41,194 bases of DNA, from positions 868,001 to 909,194 of the forward strand of contig NW_019028988.1 in NCBI RefSeq assembly GCF_002105155.1, written 5' to 3'. Under the pieces are notes generated by a model. It had not been told where the DNA came from and ran no database searches. It saw only the letters and a list, made by a program, of their open reading frames with translations. Source of the DNA: Lobosporangium transversale. Lineage: Eukaryota. Positions 1 to 9,229 of this stretch are shown one piece after another. Within the stretch, counting starts at the first letter, position 1, and each line of letters opens with the position of its first letter. The translations under genes and the position numbers were made by a program.

Positions 1-5
1 AGGTA

Positions 6-2480
6 ATGCCATTTGGGCTCAAGAACGCGCCACATACCTTCAGTCGCTTCGTTAGAAAAGTGTACTCAGACCTTATCGGAAGAGTGCTTGAGGCGTACAT
101 GGACGATGTGTGCGTGCGCACGATGACCTGGGGAGAGCATTTGAGAGCCCTCGATCATACGTTTGCGGCAGCTCGCGCAGGAGGAGTCAAGTACAAGACT
201 AGTAAGCTCCATTTCGGGTATGACAAGGTGAAGTTTACTGGCCACGTGGTCGGCAAAGATGGAATTGAGGTCATGCCAGACAAAGTTGACAAGGTCAAGA
301 ATTTCACCCCATTACGTAGCAAGGAAGATGTACGTGCATTCTTGGGCTTGACGGGCTACTATCGAAGGTTCGTCGAAAGCTACGCTCAGATTGCAGAGCC
401 GCTGACGAGGCTCCTCAAGAAAGGTGCAAGCTTCACCATGGGTCCTGAACAGGTGGCCGCAGTAAAGGGTCTCAAAGCCAAGTTAATTCAAGCTCCGGTA
501 CTTAAGGCTCCAGATTTCGAGAAGGATTGGGTGGTCTCGTGTGACGCCTGCAAATACGCTATGGGCGCAGTGCTAGAACAAGAAGATGAGGAGGGTAAGT
601 TGAGACCGGTCTACTTTTACTCGAAGACCTTTCAAGGAGCCGAACGCAACTACTCTACCTTTGAGCAAGAGTGCCTCGCCGTTGTCATAGCCGTCAAGAA
701 GTTTCGGCCTTACATCCTGGGTAGGTCCGTTGTCGTTTACACAGACCATGCGCCACTCAAATGGTTGTTTTCCAAGACTGATCTGACTGGTCGACCTGCG
801 CGGTGGCAGATGATTCTGTCGGAATTCGAGCTGGTCATTAAGACCAAACCAGGTACGAAGAACGGCAATGCAGACGGGATGAGTCGCATTATGTCGGAAG
901 GAATAGCCACGGATGACATCGATGACGAGGTGCCAGAGTGTCTGAGCCGAAGGGCAGAATCCACAGGAGAAAAGTGGCTGGCGAGCCAATGGTACGCGAA
1001 CTTCTACATGTACCTAGCCGAGATGAGACTGGAGTTAGAAGACAAAGTTGAAATGAGGAGGATCAAGAGACAGGCATACAGGTTTCGACTGACGAAGGAA
1101 GGTGACCTACTGTATAGAGATGCCGACAACAGAGAGAAGAGGTGCGTAGTTGAGGATGAAGTCGAAGGTGTGCTGAAGGAGGCACACGACAAGGGCGGTC
1201 ACTATGGAGCAGAGTCTACCCTAGCAACAGTTCGTGACGTGTGTTGGTGGCCAACGATGAGACGGGATGTATTCCACTGGGTCAAGTCTTGCGGCCGTTG
1301 CCAGCAATTTGGAAGTCGAGTGAAACATAACAGGTTGCATCCTACGGTCTCCGAGTTCCCATTTGAAGTTCTCTTCGTTGACTTGATTGAGAACTTAGTC
1401 GAAACGCCTAGGGGGATGACCACCATAGTCGTCTTCACAGATTCCTTCACCAAGTGGACTGAAGCACATGCAGTGGCCAACAAAGGCGCGCAAGGCGTCC
1501 TAGCTGTTCTATTTATGAAGATTATCTGTCGGTTCGGGCTCCCTGTTATGATTAGATCGGATGGAGGCCCCGCATTTCGTAACGAATTCAAGACTTTCTG
1601 TGACCTCTGGGGGATCAAGCACGTCACTGGTTCGACAAGGCATCCGCAAAGTCAGGGACAGGTCGAGGCGACAAATAAGCTTATCGAGGAGCGACTGAGG
1701 AGAGTACTGCCAGCTGGATCTAAGGATTGGGATGCATTCCTACCGAAAGCAGTATTCGACGTGAATTGTCGAGTCGTTAGGAGCACAGGAGTGTCGCCAA
1801 TGGAAGCACTTATGGGCTACACAGGACAGTCAGCGTTACGGCGACTGTTCGCGGACGACAAGTTCCTCGTTTCAGCAGAGGCACCGGAAGAGAACGATGT
1901 AGTCCTAGAAGAAAGCATGGCGAGATTTATCGTAAGAAGAGAGGGAATCCGTGAGTATGCATACTCATGCAAGCTTAATGCCAATGACAGGATGAAACGT
2001 TACTATGATCGACGTGTTCGCCCACAATCGTTCGAAGTAGGATCAAGGGTTTACATGTTCAATTTGGATTTCGTCACAGGCTTTGGACGCAAGCTGGAGC
2101 CGCGTTGGTTAGGTCCATTTGAAGTAGTCTGGGCGAATGAAAAGGGATCATATGGGATCAAGACGGGTCGAACGCATTATGGCACAAAGGATGGGGTAGA
2201 AACAATTAATGGAGACTTCCTCAAGCTCGCAACTCAAAGGCAACGATTATGGGAAGATGATTTTATTGAGAACCTACAGAGAGCTACTGAGAAGAATCCC
2301 CACTACGCCGACACCGAACAACCTCTCGCGCCAGATCAATTACACCAGCCAAGTCTGGGTCGGGGGCGGGAGGCACAGCAAACGAAGGCACTCCAATCCA
2401 ATCTCCACATCCCTTGTCGCCAAGGACAGGTCAAGCTCAATCTCGTGACGCTCCTCAGGCGCAAGTTGCACCTTCCGTGA
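6..2480 (+). CDS. pol: Gypsy pol polyprotein, 5'-partial (RT C-terminal half, RNase H, integrase)
   Basis: Uninterrupted 824 aa frame with MPFGLKNAP and YMDD (RT), FLGLTGYYRRF, CDAC..MGAVL and YTDH (RNase H), HDKGGH...CGRC (HHCC), D..SDGG..E (integrase) and PRWLGPF (GPY/F). No chromodomain recognised. Confidence 0.97.
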   Translation: MPFGLKNAPHTFSRFVRKVYSDLIGRVLEAYMDDVCVRTMTWGEHLRALDHTFAAARAGGVKYKTSKLHFGYDKVKFTGHVVGKDGIEVMPDKVDKVKNFTPLRSKEDVRAFLGLTGYYRRFVESYAQIAEPLTRLLKKGASFTMGPEQVAAVKGLKAKLIQAPVLKAPDFEKDWVVSCDACKYAMGAVLEQEDEEGKLRPVYFYSKTFQGAERNYSTFEQECLAVVIAVKKFRPYILGRSVVVYTDHAPLKWLFSKTDLTGRPARWQMILSEFELVIKTKPGTKNGNADGMSRIMSEGIATDDIDDEVPECLSRRAESTGEKWLASQWYANFYMYLAEMRLELEDKVEMRRIKRQAYRFRLTKEGDLLYRDADNREKRCVVEDEVEGVLKEAHDKGGHYGAESTLATVRDVCWWPTMRRDVFHWVKSCGRCQQFGSRVKHNRLHPTVSEFPFEVLFVDLIENLVETPRGMTTIVVFTDSFTKWTEAHAVANKGAQGVLAVLFMKIICRFGLPVMIRSDGGPAFRNEFKTFCDLWGIKHVTGSTRHPQSQGQVEATNKLIEERLRRVLPAGSKDWDAFLPKAVFDVNCRVVRSTGVSPMEALMGYTGQSALRRLFADDKFLVSAEAPEENDVVLEESMARFIVRREGIREYAYSCKLNANDRMKRYYDRRVRPQSFEVGSRVYMFNLDFVTGFGRKLEPRWLGPFEVVWANEKGSYGIKTGRTHYGTKDGVETINGDFLKLATQRQRLWEDDFIENLQRATEKNPHYADTEQPLAPDQLHQPSLGRGREAQQTKALQSNLHIPCRQGQVKLNLVTLLRRKLHLP

Positions 2481-2617
2481 ACGAAGCCTCTCGCGAAGAC
2501 GCGACTGGTCAGCCAAGCCTCTGGAGAATGCCACCTCGCCGTGAAGAAGATACTTCGCCCGTACGCGTTTCTCAATTGGCTCGTCTATGTCTTGAAAGGC
2601 CTCAGCTGACCGCTTAT

Positions 2618-2998
2618 TTAGCTCTCGAGCGGGGGGGGAACTGTCTGGGACTGAGGAGATTCTGGAGAAGACTTCTCCGCTGCAAATGGCGAAACAGAGG
2701 AAGGGCCAACCTCGTGGTCAGTAAGGGCAACCACCTCAGGAGAAGCAGAAGAAGGGGGAGTGACAACGACGGCAGGAGCAGGAACAACGGCAGGAGTAGA
2801 AGAAGAAGCAGAAGCAGGAGGAGTGGTAGGGGTCGAAGGAGTGATAGGAGAGTGAGAAGTGACAGCAGGACGCGACTCTGGAGACGTGCCCAAAGACAGA
2901 CTTAAGCTCTTGTCTGAAGAGGGAAGCATTGTCTTGGTGGAAGTGGTTGGTCTTGGGCAAGGAGGAACCTCGTCTTTCTTAATAACAGTGCGGGCCAT
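2618..2998 (-). CDS. Putative antisense Ser/Pro/Thr-rich ORF (126 aa, MARTVIKK...) in the retrotransposon 3' region
   Basis: ATG at 2998 in context ATCATGG; open to TAA at 2618; strong triplet periodicity; low-complexity S/P/T/A composition. Confidence 0.4.
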   Translation of the reverse strand: MARTVIKKDEVPPCPRPTTSTKTMLPSSDKSLSLSLGTSPESRPAVTSHSPITPSTPTTPPASASSSTPAVVPAPAVVVTPPSSASPEVVALTDHEVGPSSVSPFAAEKSSPESPQSQTVPPPLES

Positions 2999-3613
2999 GA
3001 TGACGATGAAGTAGTTCAAGCAGGGCAAGGAGGAAGGAGTTGCGAATGAAAAAAAAGAAAAAAAAAAAAAAAAAAAAAAAAAAGGGAATGGAGGAATGAA
3101 CCAACATTTATGTCCATGGCAACATCATCATGTGGAAGTAATGGCGTGATCACGGATCAAAATGATTGGCCGAAGAAAGAAAATTTTCCTTGGTCGATGC
3201 CAAGGCGAACCAAAGGGTGACAAGAACAATGATGCAATGACCAAAATGCGGGGTAGCAAGAGTCAAGGTGGTAGAAGCGCAAACAGCACAATGAGTTTCT
3301 TTCTTTTTGAGCTGCGGCTTGGCGGAGCCGAACTTCGCAGCTGGTGGGGGTGTTGGTTTTAGTTTTAGTCACGTGTAGAGGGTTCGCCACCAACTATTTA
3401 ACGAGCAACAGCTCAGGAAAATCTGGCTCCTTGTTCCTTATTTTTACACAAGAGCCATTTGAGTACTGACTGTTCTCGTCCAGTCTTCGAGTATGTGTGT
3501 GTGTTCTTTTATTGTGTTAGAATTATTTATCTATCAGCTGGAAGTGACCGGCTTCATAATCCACCAAAACGACCTAAATCTCCTACCACATCTGCCCCTA
3601 AAATTTTGCAACA
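2642..3613 (+). repeat. Putative 3' LTR (~970 bp, TGT...ACA)
   Basis: Begins right after the purine tract GAGCGGGGGGGGAAC and ends TTTTGCAACA at the host-gene junction; TATA-like TATTTAA near 3395. The right end is well supported. The left end rests only on the PPT plus TG because the 5' LTR is outside the window. Confidence 0.65.
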
Positions 3614-4726
3614 ATATTTCGCCCATAGGCTGAATACTTGCCGCACAGATTGCTTGAGGGTCTTATGTATCTGGTGAGGAATCGGGTGAGCATCATCCTT
3701 GACCATCTCAAAGGATTGGCCAAATGCGGTCTCTCCAAAGATGTCAAGCAAGAGTCGCATCATAAAAGAATAAATATTGATCTGGCCAGGTGGAAGCGCT
3801 TTAGAGGTTTTGTTCTTCGCCGTCCTCGAACCATCGAGAGTACCATCGATCTCTTGTAGAAAGATACTAATGCATTTATGTATAAGAGGCTCAAGAGACT
3901 GAAGGTATTGTAGCCCGAAAGCTGGAGAGACAACCCGGCGCTGTGCCAAAGAGAAGTCACACTTTCGAGTATTGATATGGGTTGTTACAACTCAACTATA
4001 AATGACAAGATAGCTCATGAGAGCAAAAAGAGGACAGAGTGATAAACGTACTCGACTCTTATTGAGGCTCTTGTTGCGGGTGAGATTATGTTTTCAATGA
4101 CCATTGAAATCAAAGAACTGATAATTGGAGCCCTTAGGGTAGTCAGTTGTCAATAAGATCTATCAGAAGAAAAAGGAAAACATTCAACAACCAGATTAGG
4201 CTACTTATACTGGCTTCCATGAGGATGAGAGGTTTCGGCTTTGGACAAGCTACACTCAGAAACAAGTGTGCATAAAAGTTTGTCTTCAGATACCTCTCGA
4301 ATCATGTCTTTATCGGCTACAGAGACAAAATTTGGCCCGACCCTGGTCACCTTTCCATATATCTTATGAAGCAGAGGGAGAATGTAGTGACCCTGCCAGA
4401 TGATATAATCAGTTCTTCAAACAAGCGTGTAAAAGCGCCTAGCTTGTTTCCTGGGATAGGGGACAAGGGATGGAGGAACGCATTCGATATCATCTAGACC
4501 AGACCAGAGTAAGGAAAGATATTAAATAATAATAATAAGTTAATAAATGAAATAAAACAAAATAAAAATAAGAGTAGACTTGCACCCTTACATTCTTTAT
4601 GCCCTTCGCGATCCATAATGCGAGGGCAATCCAGAGCAAGTTTGTTGGCTTTAGGAGAGATTCGATAGTTGTGGAGTATGTGGCAAAGAGCTTTAAGAAG
4701 GGGTCTGTAGAGGGGAAGGTAGCCAT
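3614..4726 (-). pseudogene. Cytochrome P450 pseudogene (5' half), paralog of 9230-11466
   Basis: Exons 4726-4592, 4493-4294, 4159-4052 and 3940-3614 match exons 1-4 of the intact copy. Exon 2 is 200 nt versus 201 (frameshift near 4391), exon 3 has an in-frame TGA at 4094-4096, and exon 4 is cut after WAKY by the LTR. Confidence 0.93.
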
Positions 4727-4997
4727 GTTAATAAGTGTGGTCTTGTAACCCTGTGGATGAAGCAAGTAGTTGACACATACTATCAAGACCGATGCATTTA
4801 TAGTCGATCCCCTACATCATGAAGGGCATGCAAGGATATACATTACATAACATTGCTATCGATCAATAAATTTTGTCATCCTTGTAGACTTTTATTCTTA
4901 AATAATTTACTGTTTTTACTGTTTGTTAGTATGCCGGTACAAATTTGCTCATGAGTCGTGTCATTCGGCAAGCTTACTCACCCATTATCAAAGCGAG

Positions 4998-5030
<33 letters not shown>

Positions 5031-5302
5031 AGCACTGTTTCGGACTGACTTTCAGATAGCCTGTCATATCTCACTAAGCATTTGGAGATGAAACCTTAAA
5101 CGGTGTTTGTCTGCCGCATGAACAAGATGAATAGTAGAGGATCTAGACATACATCTGCTAGTTAGCTTTAGATGCCAAAAAGCGGATCAGATCGGTCGAG
5201 AGCGCACTACCCGCGTGTAAATGAAGATGCTTTGGATTTATTTTTCAGACAAAGTCATTTCAGTCTATACCAGCCTCTGTGTCTCTGTGTCTGTACGTAA
5301 AA
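4727..5302 (-). repeat. Upstream region of the P450 pseudogene; left arm of inverted duplication (partner ~8553-9229)
   Basis: CAGTCTATACCAGCCTCTGTGTCTCTGTGTCTGT (~5261-5294) is the near reverse complement of ACAGACACAGAGAGACAGAGGCTGGCATAGACTG (~8561-8594). Further matching blocks: TGTCTGCCGCATGAACA, TTTGGAGATGAAAC and TACTGTTTGTTAGTATG. Confidence 0.88.
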
Positions 5303-5515
5303 CAAAATCTAATGGCACGTCGGTTTGTTATTAAGACAAGGTTGGCTATATTGCTCATTGCTGGTTTATCGTCTAAAGTCTTTCCAAGGTTGCTACGATG
5401 GTGTTGGCAATTTATACTGGTTAGCAGTGACGTGAGAGCTGGCACTAATATGAGTAATGTATAATATGTATACAGCGAGCGATGTGAGCAATACGTTTGA
5501 ACCCTTAGAGCGAAT

Positions 5516-7165
5516 TCACATATGTGGTCTTGTCCAAGGCCACAATGGGCTTCTTGAACAGTCCACTAAGAGCCCCCCTATCGTTTCGAGGCCACGCTGC
5601 ATATCCTCGAATAGCTCCGCCATATTGTCACTGGTTAGTTGGGATTCAAACGTATATGTCCAGCGAAGTGTCACGCGGGTCATTACGTGCTTTGCTCTTT
5701 TTAGAAACTCCACCTCAGTTCATATGAGGCCGTTCATTTTTAACATCTCTTCCACTTCTTTTTGTCCGTCTTAATGCACAGGGCACAGTCCAACATGGCA
5801 GAGCATTTATGGTGTGCCAGCGGCTATAGTACTAGAAAAGAAAGTGATACAGAGTCTTCTTTAGTACAAATCACATGCTTCTTGATGAAGTATCTATGAA
5901 TACAGTAGGCCGTAAGAGAATTCAATAGCGGCCTCCCTAACCTCGCCATGGGCTCTTGGTAATCAGGCAAAACCGTTGTGCAGAGAAGAATTCATGAGAA
6001 GCAAGGATCCACGTGGGTGGGGGCATCAGTGGCTAAAACAATGGAGGATGGTTCTTGATGTTGTTGCCTGCAAAGCTCCAAAAACACGGACGATTTCACT
6101 TCTGGAGCTGATAGTGATGGGTGGATTGATGGTGGACTCTACAAGGATTGGCTTTGTTATTGATATTAATACTAATATTGAAACTGATGTTAGTAGTTGT
6201 CTATCGGTCAAGCTTGCTATACTCATCCGGACGGCCTCTCGGGACCCAAACAGACATTAGTTCTATAATATGTAAGGCATCTTTTACAAATCCACCGCCG
6301 AATGCCCAAAGATGTAGCCTCAAAAACCCTGACACTGTTCTGTTAGCGAATTTGATCCAGCTTCGGATGTAGCTCTCCCCAGAATATGTTGCATCTATAA
6401 TATATTGATTCCGGATACCAAAGTTATCAACAATGCAGCGTTCCAGTACCTGATGCCGTTCTGACCATGCTTCTGCTCGTTCAGGGCCGAAGAGCGAGCC
6501 CAAATAGATTATTCCTTTAGGCATGACTGTAGGTAAGATGGCTCCGCTTTTATAATCACGAGGGGTCATGTTTAGTCGATCAAACACATGGATCGAGCCG
6601 ATCAACTCCTAGGATGTTACTAATGTCGCATTTTCCATCAGGTCCTTCAGGACTTTGGGCAGAGTATTGACAAAAGTTCAAGAGACGGTCGTCCAAGTGT
6701 GGTAACCCGACAATTCATATTGGTGCGGTCGAGTTGCAAAACGTCTCTCTCATTTTCTGGCTCTGCGGAGTTAGTCCTTGTCCTGGTACCTTTATAATCA
6801 ATATCTTTGTGAAACTCTGACCCTTCCCGATTTACTGTTTCCCATTCCTTAACCGACTCTTCAGGAAGACTCCATAGAATGATGAAAGTCTTTCGAGTCA
6901 CATGAGCAGTGCTAAGAGTAAAGTCCGATCCAGATATTCAGTCAGTCGATGTGTTGTCTCCAAGGCCAGTATGAGGGAAATAATCAAGAAAGCGCTCTTG
7001 ATCTGCAGGAATGCGGGTTTGGAAAAGGGTTTTGTTGCCTGTTGCCTACGACTGCTGTTGTTAATGGAGAAGAGAGATCTCCTGTCCGTGCCATTGCCAT
7101 AACCTTCTTTAAGGAGTGGAAGAGTAAGAAAAGGGATCCATTCTATTCGGACGAGTGATATTGTT
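5516..7165 (-). mobile_element. Highly degenerate non-LTR (LINE, L1/Tx1-like) ORF2 remnant
   Basis: Colinear decayed motifs across frames: LLKEG..DRRSLFSIN (RPISLLN-like), RKTFIILWS (KAFD..W-like), NCRVTTLGRPS, IIYLGSLF (YLG), GGGFVKD (GGLG-like) and CDLY..KTLYHFLF*Y (CCHC knuckle-like, ~5830-5878). Recognised by eye; many stops and frameshifts. Confidence 0.6.
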
Positions 7166-7188
7166 GGATTTATCATAGTACACATAGG

Positions 7189-7401
7189 CCATAAACTATA
7201 AAGCGAGTAGCAGCTCAAGGAACTCTGGTTCTTTGTTGCTTCTTTTGCACAAAAACCATTGAAGAACTGACTGTTTTTTCTCGTTCAGTTTTGTATTATG
7301 TTATTCTTTATATGTGTTCAAGTATTTTCCTGTCTGTAGCTGGAAATGACGGGTCTCACAACCTAAAAGACCAAACCACCTATGCAATCAGCCCCTGAAC
7401 A
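7189..7401 (+). repeat. Diverged LTR fragment related to 3387-3613
   Basis: Colinear similarity: AACTATAAAGCGAGTAGCAGCTCAAGGAACTCTGG vs AACTATTTAACGAGCAACAGCTCAGGAAAATCTGG; AGCTGGAAATGACGGG vs AGCTGGAAGTGACCGG; both end GCCCCT...AACA. Confidence 0.75.
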
Positions 7402-7699
7402 GCCCCTTTGATCCGGGTGCAGAACAGAATAAACGGATTGCAATGCATGAATGTCGGATAAAAGCAGCATTCATCCCATCTATCTAGTCAATTCGAATAA
7501 CATCTCCTTTTAAATCGGAGTTTTGCTTTATTCATTTCCGTCACTTTGATATTTTCTTTCAAACTGACTACTAACAAGGCGCGCTGGCCATTCACATTTG
7601 CTTCTGAAACGAAGGAGAAAAGTCAAAGAAATGAATAAAACTACTACTAACAAAATAACATGTTAGCTTCAAGAAAGACTATCGTTATCGAGCAGCAGC

Positions 7700-8190
7700 A
7701 GCTGGCACTATCATGGATCCTATCATTGTCCTTGCTTTATTACTGGGATCGCAAGCGGAAGGGCAGGTGCAGGATTTATGGTCGCATATGGGGGTACAGT
7801 TGCCGCTGGCTCTACTTGTGTGGTGTTCTAATCCATTGGCGCACCTGGACTAGGAGCAATTGAGGCGGCTGTCTCTGCGGTGGCAGGAGCCACTCTGATC
7901 ATAGGAACCATAGCAATGGTTAGAACTTTAGCGGATAGTCAAGGTGGTGTAAAAGCTGCAGTATCGCTTGGTGCAATCAAAGTTGCAGTTGGAGCTTCTT
8001 CAATGGTTTCTGGAGTCAGTGCAGCAGGAGCAGCAGGATTGGATAAGGCCAAAGCCTTATGCAGAGCGACTTCCACGGCTTCTGGAGTTGATGCAGCAGG
8101 AGGAGTGGCCTCAGTAGCTTCTGAAGCCAATGCTGTAAGTATTACAGGATTCAATAAGGCCAAAGCCTTACTCAGAGCAAACAAGAAGGG
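7700..8190 (-). pseudogene. Decayed Ala/Pro/Thr-rich coding relic with internal repeats
   Basis: Minus frame KALALLNP...KALALSNPAAPAA continues through stops as PATAETAASIAPSPGAP; ~35 bp direct repeats at ~8033-8067 and ~8144-8178. Confidence 0.35.
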
Positions 8191-9229
8191 AGTGATGTGC
8201 TGGTTTTTTTCAAAAAAAAAAAAAAAAAAAAATTGCGATTAAGGTGGGCAATAGTCTATGATGAAGTCAGCTCTTCAAAAAACAAAATAAAATGACCCCA
8301 TTAAAATATACAATCGGGCAGGTTCACTGGCAGATATACTTACGAAAAGGCCTCTGATCGTGCCATGAAAAAATAAAACAGTAATGTTTAAAGTAAACAG
8401 ATAAAGATCAACATTGGCGAAGATATACCCTTTGTTTACCAGGGACGGGTCAGACACTACGTTTCACGTTCCCTAGTAACGAGTGACAGAGCTAACCTTA
8501 TTTTAAGAACAAACCCTAGCTTTAGTTGGGTCAGAATGTTTCTCGGCAGTAATTTCACGAACAGACACAGAGAGACAGAGGCTGGCATAGACTGAAATGG
8601 TTTTCTAAAAACTAAAGCATCTTCAGTTACATGCGAGTAGCACCCTCTTAAACAGGTCTAACCAGTTTTTCCGGCATCTAAAGTTAACTAACCAGAATAC
8701 AGAAAATGCAGCTACATGCCTGGATCTTCTGCTGCTCACGCTGTTCATGCGGCAGACAAAGTAAAGCAGACACCGCTCAAAGTTTCATCTCCAAATATTT
8801 AGTGGAAAATGCCGGTCTATCTCTTAGGGTCGAGGACCACATTCCGAAATATGGTCATCTCTGAACGGAGTCAGTAATTTTTTTTTTATTTTTTTTATTT
8901 TTTGTTTAGACATGAGTAAGATGATGTACTAAGAGGTGACCTGGCGAATGACACAGCTCATGAACATATTTGTACTCACATACTAACAAACAGTAAAGCA
9001 GTATATTATTTAAGAGTGTCTACAAGGATCATATAATTTACTGATCGATAACAACGTTATGGAGCATGCACCCTTGCATGCCTTCCATGATCTAGAGCAC
9101 TAACCTGCGTTAACTATAAGTGCGTCGCTGCTGAAGAAGTTGGAATATATATAACATCTTTCTTATTTGTGATTTAGATCAACTGCGTACTTATTTCATT
9201 CATAAATTTACAAGGCCACATTTATTAAT

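Larger units (their letters stand above)
1..3613 (+). mobile_element. Ty3/Gypsy LTR retrotransposon, 3' part (truncated by window start)
   Basis: RT-RNaseH-integrase order in pol; purine tract at ~2626-2640 followed by TGT at 2642; CA end at 3613 coincides exactly with the point where P450 homology breaks. Confidence 0.9.

Noticed and set aside
573..1627. Several minus-strand ORFs over pol
   Set aside because: Antisense shadows of the pol frame with no motifs.
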